Assembly: GCA_964187785.1 (NCBI GenBank)
Contig: OZ076409.1
Location: forward strand, 55,616,001 to 55,680,000
Direction: 5' to 3'
Source: Amphiscolops sp. MND2022
Lineage: Eukaryota
DNA length: 64,000 nt
Shown here: positions 33,120-43,496 of the stretch, one piece after another
Numbering within the stretch: the first letter of the stretch is position 1
Layout of the letters: every line of letters begins with the position of its first letter
Notes under the pieces: model-generated
The model's database searches: none
What the model was told of the DNA's origin: nothing
What the model saw: only the letters and a program-made list of their open reading frames with translations
Made by a program: the position numbers and the translations under genes

Positions 33120-34806
33120 TCCTTCGATGAGGATTGTTGGGGTCTTTCCATTTTTGGCTTGATTGGTTTTTTGGCTTGTTTGTATGCTTCTATGACTTTC
33201 TTTTGTGCCTCGGTGAGTGGCCATTTAGGTGGGCGGTTTTCCATATTGGCACCAAAATAACAATTTTCCTCTTCATGCCCTGGGGTGTTGCAGTTCTGGC
33301 ATTTTTCAGCCTCAGGGTCTTCCTCAAGTTTTCAAGTTTTCGCCGTTTAGCTAACTTGGGGCAGTCAGTCATCATATGGCCCGTTTCCTTGCAGTAACGG
33401 CACTGGTCATTTTTAAGAGTTTTGTCTGGTACTGTTTTGGGAGTTTGTTTCTTGCCTTTATCCGTTTGTTTTTTGTCAGTTTTTTCAGTGTTTTGGTCTT
33501 TTTTAGTTACGGTCATTTGAGTTTTGACAAGGGGTTCGTCTGCCTCTAGACCGTTAAGTTCCATTTCGCGTTCTAGGTGTTTAACGATTTGGTCATAGGT
33601 GCCATTTTCAAGGTATGCTTGATTAATGGACTTCTTTAAATGGGGAGGCATTTTAGCATAGAGTAGATTCTCTATCATTTGATGTGCATTTTCCCCAAAT
33701 GCCTTTTCTGCGCTTTCTTGAAGTTCTTCAAGGAAGTCAGGGAGTTTTTGATTTTCGGGTTGGAACGAAAGTCTGTGAAATCTGTGTTTTGCTGATGCAC
33801 TAGACTCCGGTTTTACATATTTCCTGCGAAACACCTTCAAGATGTCTTCCAGTGTGGTATTGGGGGTTCTTTGTATGTTTTTGAATGTTTTGAGTGCCAA
33901 GCCTCTGAGGTGTGCATGAAAATGATTGATTTTCATCTCCTCTGTGAGGTTGGGTTGCATGCGAAGAGTTGTATGAAATAGGTCTTCAAAGTATTCAAAT
34001 TGTTCATTTTTCTCATTTTTGCCATTAAATGTAAGTGTATTTTTGGGATGAAAGAGTGATTGTGGAGTATTTTTGTTGGCTAATTTCTCTATTGCGAGTG
34101 CAATTTGATTAACTGGGTCGAGTGGTTTGGTTGTTGATGTTGATGTGTTTTGGTCTGCGCGGGATCCTAAGGTATCATTAAGTTTTTGAGAACTTTGTCT
34201 ATGGAGTTGTCGGTTGGCTCCTGTCACCATGTGATAATCCTCTAGGGACTCTGCATCTGACTCTTCGTCTGAATGAATGGTTACATCTACGTCGGATTCA
34301 CTTCGAAACAAAGGCTTTGCAGGTTGTTTTAATTCTGTCATTTTAGATGCCCTAACAGGATTACTCTCATCTTCAGATTCAGTACTTTCTATATTGGATG
34401 CATGAACTCCTATAGACTCTTTACTTTTAGATCCCGTGGGTTGTATATCTTCAATTTCATTAGTTATAGACCTTGGGTTCGTTACTGTTGAGTGACTCCT
34501 GTTTGATTTTATCTCTTTCAGAATAGCATCTAGTTTATTCTCCATCTCCTCTCTCATTTTTTCAATCCTATCATTGTTTCTCTGATCAATAATCTCGGTC
34601 CAAGCTTGCATCTCAGAACTAGCTTGACTGGGTTCGACAAGTTGATTTCCTGGGTTCGGTTCTCCTAAATCTCCATCAACATTTAAGTTGGAATTAGTTA
34701 AAGTTATATTACCTGTCTCAGAAAAATCAGTTCTAGTTCTATCTTCCTCTCTTTCTGGGGACGGGGTTGCCAGTCTCCTTGATCTTCTACTTCTCTTATT
34801 CCCCAT
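33110..34806 (-). CDS. gag: Gag; 562 aa once an 8-bp duplication at 33324-33339 is removed, frameshifted as assembled
   Basis: Capsid-like TFNGKNEK..FEYFEDLF..HLRGLALKTF; knuckle CRYCKETGHMMTDC; a second knuckle CQNCNTPGHEEENC in the shifted frame; ends GAT TTA AAC TAG. Confidence 0.9.
33113..33119 (-). other. -1 ribosomal frameshift slippery heptamer T TTA AAC
   Basis: X XXY YYZ in the restored gag frame directly before the gag TAG; a -1 shift enters the pol frame (TTT AAA CTA GAA). Confidence 0.85.
34212..34229 (-). other. Primer-binding site TGGTGACAGGAGCCAACC (tRNA-Leu-like, tentative)
   Basis: Begins TGG directly after the LTR terminal CA. The first 12 nt resemble the complement of eukaryotic tRNA-Leu 3' ends (TGGTGTCAGGAG) with one mismatch. 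Confidence 0.75.
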
Positions 34807-35951
34807 CTTGTTGAGTGAAAAACTAGTTATGGTTGTTGGGGAAGAATTTTAATTAGTTTCAGATTGGAAAATCCAAACTTCGGGAAAACAATGAAAATGA
34901 AAATGAAGACAAAATGAAGGCAAAAGCTTGTATGAATTGATTCAACTGCACTTTATTAAGGTTATCTCAATTATATCTTTATCACAAATCACCCTTTTCT
35001 CCAAAATAAAAACAATGACAACCATTTTTACAGATATCATAGAATCCTGGAAAAACCCAAATATAGTATGATATCATAGTTGCGTAATTCTATTTATAAC
35101 ATCATCACAATGATTCGAATGCACTCAAATGAACTTAAGACCCTAGAAAAATGCTTTAAAACCGTAGATATAACATCACGAACAGCATAAATTGTATAAC
35201 GAATGAATACTGCATTATATCGCCGAAAACCGTATATCACCGCATATGCAACATATCTCGCAACGTATGGTAACGTATAATGTATATGAACATCGTTGTC
35301 AATACGCAAGTTGATGTATATGATACTTCATTCATTACGCACAATCATTCATAATTCAATTATGTGAAACGTATGTTAATGCGTGGTGACTGTCCACAAA
35401 ACCGCATAGTGACGCATAATGGTAGTGAAAAAAGGTATATCACCGCATGCTTTTAATACTTAAACGTGCATAATGATGTATGTTCAAAAGCGTATATTGA
35501 CGTATACTCGTTAAGCTGAAATGCGTATGTTGGTGTATACTTGCCAAGCCAAAACGTGTATGATGACGTATATACAATAAACCTAATTATGCGTGATACC
35601 GCTCTTTGGTATTTACAAAATGTTCAATGACGCATGTTAACCATCTTGATAACAGTATGATCGCGCATAATGATAAATCAAAAACCACGAGTAAGTCATT
35701 CTTATGCAATCACAAAACATATGTTACGTCCATGAATGAAATTTAAACGGGTCAAGGAGCTTTGAAGGGTCTACAAAAACAATTAAAAAGGAAACATCCT
35801 CAATAAGAACAAATGGATGATCATCAAGATACGGTAGAAAATGTTATTAGAATGAGTTTTGATGGGTTTAAAATGTTTGTTTCACCAAGTTTTGGGGTTG
35901 TTCCTTTTTAGTGCTGCTCTACGGAACCATCGCATCTTGGTGGATGCGACA
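34230..35951 (-). repeat. 5' LTR (1722 bp): U3 motif array, TATAAATA at 35091-35098, AATAAA at 34952-34957, Gag ATG at 34806
   Basis: Matches 19086-20807, has TG...CA ends and is followed by the PBS. Confidence 0.97.
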
Positions 35952-35980
35952 ACAAGTAAACAGACAGTTGCGCGTATTAG

Positions 35981-36265
35981 ATTACGATGAATGCCAAGAC
36001 GATCATAACACGGTGTGCGATGACATTTATGCTATCTGTGTCAACAGTGAAGGAAGTTTCCACTGTGAGTGCAATCAGGGATACTGGAGAGCTGATGACT
36101 CACAATCATGTGAAGATTGGGATGAATGTAAATGCGGCCTGAACAAAACTGAATGCGACACGTTTATTTGTGGACAGTTTCGTGTGTGTACAAACACTCC
36201 CGGCTCATTCACGTGTGATTGTCAAGAAGGATATGCAAACGTTGTCGCTAGTCTCATTTGCGTAG
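35981..36265 (+). CDS. Host gene exon with two cbEGF domains
   Basis: Acceptor attag at 35980 and donor GTGAGT at 36266, phase 1-1. Reads DYDECQ..CVNSEGSFHCEC..DWDECK..CTNTPGSFTCDC. Confidence 0.9.
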
Positions 36266-36668
36266 GTGAGTTCAGCCAAGCTGAAGACAGAACACTGAGA
36301 GGGTTTGATTTTGGGCCGGACGCTTTCGCTTAATAAATGATGCTCGCCAAAATCAACCTGTGTTCAAAATGAGCTCAATGGCTGCTCTGGAAATTTTAAA
36401 TTATTTCGAATCACAGAAAATACAGCTCTTTTGCGTAGAATCTCTTTCATAATACAGCGTTATTTGATCCCTTTTGTCTCAAAAAAAAAGTTTTTTGGAC
36501 TCGATTATGTAACAGATAGTTTTACACCTTTCGACCATAAACTCAATCCGGAACTAAGTAAGAGAGCATCAATCATCTGACTCTTGCAGCAACCGGGTAA
36601 AACACCTGATTCGAACCAAGATTCAAAACTACTGATCACTAATAATATTTTAAACGCGTTTCATTCAG

Positions 36669-36794
36669 ATCTCAACGAATGCCTAAATGAACATGATAGA
36701 TGTGGATCTCACGGATATTGTCTTAACACGATGGGATCATACTCTTGTAGATGTAGAGTGGGCTACATTTGGAAATCCTCTGGAGAATGCGAAA
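36669..36794 (+). CDS. Host gene exon with one cbEGF domain
   Basis: Acceptor ttcag at 36668 and donor GTTAGA at 36795, phase 1-1. Reads DLNECL..CLNTMGSYSCRC. Confidence 0.88.
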
Positions 36795-36880
36795 GTTAGA
36801 TAATGGTTTCATTTAATTGGTCGTCGAGGTTTAGTCGATTAAGAGACATGAATTTTCACACATTCGTTGGTTTGTTTCAG

Positions 36881-37473
36881 AGGAATATCCTGGATGGGAA
36901 GTTCAATTGCACTATCATACTAACCTTGGATTACGTTTCCAACATATTATCCAAACTGACAATTATGGTTCTGCTAACAGCTATCATAATGAAAATTACA
37001 AAAACGAACAGTTTGGACACAATATCCAAGTAGCTGACATGATTATGTTTGTCTTGTACGACGAACAGGGGAAGACGTTTGAAGAACTACTATTTGTTGA
37101 TAACAGCGATGATCCGAACTATAAGAGTCGATGGTTTTCAGCTAAAATAGATCACTCAAATGGCATTTGGAACTATAAAACGTTGAAGAGCGCCAAGGAA
37201 TTTACTTTCAACTCCTCAATTTTTGAGATAACAACTAAAAATGATGTCACTTGTGAAGAGGTAGGGTTCCTGAAGTTGACCTGCGACCGCGAAACCAAGT
37301 GTGATCAGTTCAAATGGTGGTTAACTGACCCAAGCTTGTTGAATTTGTCCTGTGGGATTGTGTTTTCCAAGGAAAGCGCTCCTGTTAACTACCGAAATGG
37401 CTCGTGGTCGAAAGGCATTCAAATTCTTACATATTCATCTTTAAACCTTGACATTGATAATACTAGTCAATAA
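36881..37473 (+). CDS. Host gene probable terminal exon, Cys-containing non-EGF extracellular domain
   Basis: Phase-1 acceptor tttgtttcag at 36880 is in frame with ORF 36907-37473 (EYPGWEVQLHYHT...). The stop overlaps AATAAA. Confidence 0.7.
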
Positions 37474-40400
37474 ACAATACATTGATAATTTAACTCTGTT
37501 CCATTTTCATTGCTCCTTTCACAACTATATTAGCGAATTGCATAAATCTTTTGTGGCTGGTTGTTGTTTAAGTATATCTCGACAATTATTATCGTTTTAA
37601 ATTTCACGGCATTCCGTGACTTCGTTTCAAAAGTGTTTCCATCATCCCAATTTAACCTCTTTGATTACTTTAATGTTTGTGAATCACTTAGAAACAAAAA
37701 GTGACCAACGGCCGCATCTAAGAATTCTGGACCTTCCCACAAGCCACTTCAAAAATTTTCTCGAACAAACAGACTTAAGCTAGTTTAACTGACGTTCCGC
37801 ACTTTGAGCATTAGGCCGAATGTCCCCGCTCATTATTATTGATGGGCTGAACTAGATGGCTTAAACATGACGGGATAGATGTTTGTGAAACTGATGTCAA
37901 CGACACAATCAAGAAGCCAGAAGTGGAGTTGGAAAAAGACACAAAAGTGATTGGGAAAAACTGTTTGTTGAAATCACTGGAAAAACTAAATTCTTTTATT
38001 GATGATTGTCTAGTTTACATGTTGCCAGGGACTGATTGTGTTTACATTAGAAGTGCACCTTAGACACTCATCAAAGTTCCTCTAGTGGCAGCTGATAAGT
38101 TCACTGGGCACTGATCTGAAATCTATGCCTTAGTTTGAGGAAAACGTAGTCAAAATTTCTCTTGAATCCATTAAACTGTCGACTTCTTGGATGTAGAACA
38201 TCAAAACACAATTGAATACACACTGCTTACGGTATTTTCACAACAACTATTTTTTGACAAAACCTTAGTTTTGAAAACTTAGGTTATTGACATTTGTAAT
38301 GTTTTGTTTAAAGTAAGGAACGGACGTTCTAGGGATGATTCATTTATTCGATTTTTCTTAACTAGCTTGCAGAAAGTTGCCAACGTAGTGCTGAAGCAAA
38401 AACTACTCGGCGTACACTTTGAAAGTTTCGAAAGTTTAAGAAACCTGAAAATGACATTCGAATAAAAGAGTGCGAAAAATATGATTAGTAAATGATAAGT
38501 AAACCAAAGTATGAAGCTAGGCAGCAGTTTAACCTGAGGGAGAACTATCTATTCGAAGACTTCATGGAGAATATTTCTTAATCCTGACGTCAATGAAAAT
38601 TTTTACATTGCTCTCACAGTAAACCAGTACAAATCGCCGCCTATCTACATTTTGTCTGATATTCGATGTAAATAAAGTAATGGAGGTGTTTTCAAACTGC
38701 CGTCGCGATAAAACCGAAAGCTTCAGCGGCTGCTCCGAAAAGCCTTCAAGAGAAACTTTCTGTAACTTAACTTCATTAAAAATCTGCATGTTTCGGATGT
38801 TTTACAATTCCTGAAGCAACCTTAACGGTGAAAAAACTCGACCTGTTCCAGTCTGTAGTTGCTGCTAGTGACGCAAAATATGCTTTTCTCTTCAAAATCA
38901 CTGTTTTTAAAAACGAAGATTGTGGTGCCAAAAGCGAATTCTTCCAAAAATCAGGACATTGTGAAATAGTAGGCCACGAGCTATTAAATTGTGAAAACAC
39001 TATAAATCACTGCATTATTGACAATTTACGGCAAATAGCAGGAGGCTACAAGTACCGTAGGCTTGATTAGGCATTGAGACTCATTTCAAGCAATTATTAC
39101 TATAAGAACCATTTTGCTAAGAAAGCCTAAGCTTCTATTCACAGTTTGTCTTGACGAAACTAGCAATTTGCTAATTCAGTCTTCTCGGAAGAGTTTAGAG
39201 TCATTCTAAACTTCTTTTTCTGGTCTGCTACGTGGTTGTTATGATTTCGGGCAATGTTTTTCCTATTCTCCGGACAGGTATTTTTACTGACACGGGCACG
39301 ATTTGCGGTAACCAATTGAAATTTGTAGTTCCCTCGTTTCTTGAACGAATTTTTCAAGCGTGATAAAAGAGCTGATCGTCACAGTACAAAATGTGAAAAT
39401 CTTTTTGCTTCATTTTTGAAATTTGCTAATGGAATATGACCGCAACAGTTTGCAGAATCAAAAGGCCATTGGATTTGAATAAAAGTTGCAGAGGGCAGAG
39501 TGTAGCGGCAAGCGCTGAGCGATTGTATCGTAACATTGGAGTGGAGGAACTTGTACCATGGATATGGTCCGGGACAAACCACCATGATATCAGCTCACTT
39601 TGTCCTCCTCAGGATAGCCGGTCCCGAGGAGGGGGAACCGTCTTAAAGGATGCTCTCCGGCCTGTTCCAGTCTGTAACTGCTGAGAATATCGGGCATTAT
39701 GCTTTTTCTCTTCACAACCATCGTCTAGACAGCCTTTAAAAACAATAAACAATGCCAAGGAAAAACCGTGTAAGTTTCCAATTCCAGGGTGAATTTCCAG
39801 GGTGTCATGAAAATAAGGTCTAAAATGGGGAATAAGATCTAAACTGCGAAAGCGCTCGAGACAGCTAAAACAAGTGAAAATACATAGAAACAGGCATAAA
39901 TATGGTAAACGACACACCTACAAGCTGGGGCGTAGGGACTCCAAGCACCAAACAAGTATAATTAAGCGAAAAGACGCATTTTTCCGGTTCTTGCTACATT
40001 GGGTAGCATAACTCTGAAAATCGGTATAAACCGGGGTTAGCACCTCAAAAAGTGTCTATTTATGAGTTTTCTAAGCGCTCCGGCTTTTGCATTCCGTGCT
40101 CCCGTTTGGTCGTCTCCGAGGGCCGCTTGCTTTGTCTTCTGAACAGCTTTTTTGACAGACATTACAGTGCACAGGCAAGCTTTTTGCTGCTTTTCGTGGA
40201 ATCCGGGACACGAAAATTTCTGTTTGATGTTAAGCGTGTCTTGGATTCCACGACAGTGCTTGTCCTGGATTCCACGCCAATACTGCTGCTATAATGACAC
40301 TTTTGCCGCTGCTCTCTGATTGGTCCGCTGATTTTGAGTAATCATTTTTGGAAAGGTAGAAAAATTTAAATTAATTCAATTTTATATCAATGGAACTTGT

Positions 40401-41379
40401 TTTGATTGACACGAAAAGTCCCAGAGTACGAATAGAGATACTCATGACTGGTACCAAAATTAAAGCATGTCATCAAATAATGGCAGATTGTGATGATCTG
40501 GCAGTTTGTTCAAAACTGGTACTAAACCTAAAAATACGAATATTTGTGTAATATAATATTCATTTTACATGATCATTATTAGAAAGGCAGAAGAACTCGA
40601 ATTAAATCAATTTTACATCGAAGGAAATTGTTTTGATTGACACGAAAAATCCAAGAAGTACGAATAGAGATATTCATGACTGGTACCAAAGTTAAAGCAT
40701 GTCATCAAATAATGGCAGATTGTGATGATCTGACAGTTTGTTCAAAACTGGTACCAAACCTAAAATTACGAATATTTGTGTAATATAATATTCATTTTAC
40801 ATGATCATTATTAGAAAGGCAGAAAAACTTGAATTAAATCAATTTTACATCAAAGGAAATTGTTTTGATTGACACAAAAAATCCAAGAAGTACGAATAGA
40901 GTTAGAATTTCTTAGAAATTTTATGCAGTTTACAAGAATGTTTGTTTGAAATTTCTGCGACAAAAAGTACAAAAGTTTAAAATTGCAAATTTTGACAAAA
41001 ATTAATCTAATTGGCACTTTTTTTTTATTTTCACCAAGTTGAAAAAATTTACATATCACTGGAACTTGTTTTGATTGACACGAAAAGTCCCAAAGTACGA
41101 ATAGAGATACTCGTAACTGGTACCAAAAATGAAGCATGTCATTAAAAAATGGCAGATTGTGATGATCTGGCAGTTTGTTCAAAACTGGAATAAACTGTGA
41201 AAAATACGAATATTTGTATTCGTACGAAACCACCTACACATCTTAAACGGTAAAGAAACAACTACCAAAAGGGGTACGTCAAAATTTAAATTCGAATATA
41301 CAGAGCCATACAACAAAAAGCTATTTATTTTAGCTTTAAATTTTAGATTTTTTTAGCTTATTTATATTTTAGATAGAGA

Positions 41380-42329
41380 CCCGCTGATTGAAATAGAGAC
41401 AGAAGACTTCAGTGACGAAGCAGATTCTACCATTTTGATCCGCGAACGTGTGCGAGGCACAAAAATAGAAGGAGGCTCCCAAAAAGAGAGAGGCAACATC
41501 GTGAAAGAGAACGGAAACACTCTAACCATTCTGCCAAGATGTGGAAAAAGCACAATCATTTCAAAGATGGATGTAGCAAACACAAGGCACAGCTCAACAA
41601 GGCAACACAAAGCCAAATTCGGCAGAAAAGAAGAAACGTCGAAAAATGCCAAAAGGTGAAAAAGTGACAATTACGAAGAAAGTGCCAATTTACATAAGAT
41701 CCCAAAAATACACATTGAAAGAAGAAATGGGACAAGTGACTCAAAGTGGAAGCTTAGCAAAAGCAGATGTACGAGAACAAGACGAAAGAAAGAACAAAGT
41801 TGAAGAGAATGAGACTGAGTCAGGATCGGAATATTATGAAACACAGGCAGAGGGAGAAGCTACTGCAGTGGCGACTGAGAACAACGGACAAGAAGAAGAA
41901 GAAAACCTTAGACAAAACAACAAGCATGTAATCCAAGAAGAGGTCAAGTCGGAAGTAAGCCAACAGAGATTCTCAAAAAGAAACAGAAGAAAGCCTGATC
42001 GGTTGGAGCAAAATTTGATGGTCGCCAAGCGTTTTTGAGATAGAGAAGCCCTGAAACAAAACATCATATGTTAAAGTAATTTTATGTTCTTGTTGCCTAT
42101 GTTGTATAAGCTATTAATGAGTTGTAATCTTAAACTTTTTTACATGTCATATGTGGTTGTAGTAACCATACTAGTAACCCGTGCTTAAACCCCATTTACC
42201 GAGTGGTGTAGTAAAACCGAATGTATTTGAGCAGTAAGCTGAGACTTTTGTACTATTCGTTTCAATTTAGTCGTAAGAGACGACATTTTTTATACTCTGC
42301 TGACACGTGAAGTCTTAAGATCAGCTACA
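41380..42329 (+). mobile_element. 3' relic of an LTR retrotransposon (integrase tail plus short LTR 42158-42329)
   Basis: Acidic tail ending RFSKRNRRKPDRL (41646-42038), followed by a TGTAG...CTACA-bounded 172-bp segment. Confidence 0.45.
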
Positions 42330-42350
42330 GTGAAGGAGAAACCAACACAT

Positions 42351-42546
42351 CAGGGGCGGTTTTAGGGGGCATGCGGGGGTGCGGTAGCATCACCCTTTTT
42401 TGAAAAAATATAGTGCCATTGCTCAAAGATTGAACTCTTCTAGGTTTAACTTTAATTTTTATATGTATGAAATAGGCGCTTTTCTAAGCAAAAAGCGTTT
42501 TCACACAATCAGCATCCCCCTTAAAAATATTTTGAAACCGCCGCTG
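42351..42546. mobile_element. hAT-type MITE (196 bp); duplicate at 44148-44343
   Basis: TIRs CAGGGGCGGTTT / AAACCGCCGCTG with a perfect 8-bp TSD CAACACAT (42343-42350, 42547-42554). Confidence 0.9.
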
Positions 42547-43256
42547 CAACACATCGTACCCCGTTACGTCGCAAGAAGTAGAGGACATGATAAACCAGGG
42601 TAAACTAATCGAAAAGTTGAAGTTTAACAAAATCTACCAGATTTCAATTACGAGCAAAACAACAATAAATGCCAGAATACTATAAAACGCCGTTCAAAAT
42701 TGAGCCATTGTTCCATGACACTAATACGGTATATTAAAATTTACATATTGACGTACTACCCCCTTTGGTAGTTGTTTTCTTACAGTTTAAGATATGTATG
42801 CGGTTTCCGCGACACATGTATAAAGATATGGTCCTATTTTCCACAGTCGCTTTCGTGGCCATCGAACAGCGAATGCTATTTTCGTGGAATCCAGGACAAT
42901 ATGGTCAAAATGGTGGAAACCTGGACAATACATTCAGATTTAAATATTGACGTAGTACCTACCCACCTACCCCCTTTGGTAGTTGTTTTCTTACAGTTTA
43001 AGATATGTATGCGGTTTCCACCACACATGTATAATGATACAAAAAACGAGAAGGGATCGTGAGCAAAGGGGACTTTCCCTTTAGTTGAAATCTTTCAATG
43101 TTTGATGAAACTTCGGTTACCGGTTTAACCAGTCATTCATTTGCAATACTGCCTACCAAGTTCCAATTCTGCTCTTTTTCCTACCTTCAGTTTTCATCTT
43201 ATAGTTTTCATCTTATAGTTTTCATCTCACCATAAGTTTTCATCTTATATCACAAA

Positions 43257-43496
43257 ATGTCTCAGTGCATGGTCTGCCACGAAGAAACACGAACGAGCCT
43301 CCACGACCAACACTTCCTCTGTGAGGAATGCCGCAATCGTTGGATTGAGGTGAAGGATCGCGACAACGAGCGCAGAGGGGTGACCCAGGCGAGACTCGAA
43401 GTTGCGTGCCCCCTTTGCAGGAAGAACTGTGTCTTAAGGAACGGGCCCAGCGGAAGCGTAAGAATCGACATCTTCTTCGGCTTTAGGATGCGCTGA
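43257..43496 (+). CDS. 79-aa single-exon RING-variant zinc-finger protein, copy 1
   Basis: CMVC-x8-H-x2-H-x2-CEEC-x3-W...CPLCR; AAAATG start context; GC-rich relative to the flanks. Confidence 0.65.
   Translation: MSQCMVCHEETRTSLHDQHFLCEECRNRWIEVKDRDNERRGVTQARLEVACPLCRKNCVLRNGPSGSVRIDIFFGFRMR

Larger units (their letters stand above)
19086..35951 (-). mobile_element. Full-length 16,866-bp Ty3/gypsy LTR retrotransposon with two extra genes
   Basis: Direct 1722-bp LTRs with TG...CA ends; ACAAG TSD at 19081-19085 and 35952-35956; PBS; gag; PR-RT-RH-IN pol order. Confidence 0.97.

Noticed and set aside
33120..33224. Pol start codon as given in the ORF track (MATHRG...)
   Set aside because: It lies upstream of the TTTAAAC slippery site, within the restored gag frame; Pol is more plausibly made by -1 frameshift.
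37700..39900. Possible decayed DNA-transposon coding region
   Set aside because: Only short broken ORFs, with no motif or termini I could support.
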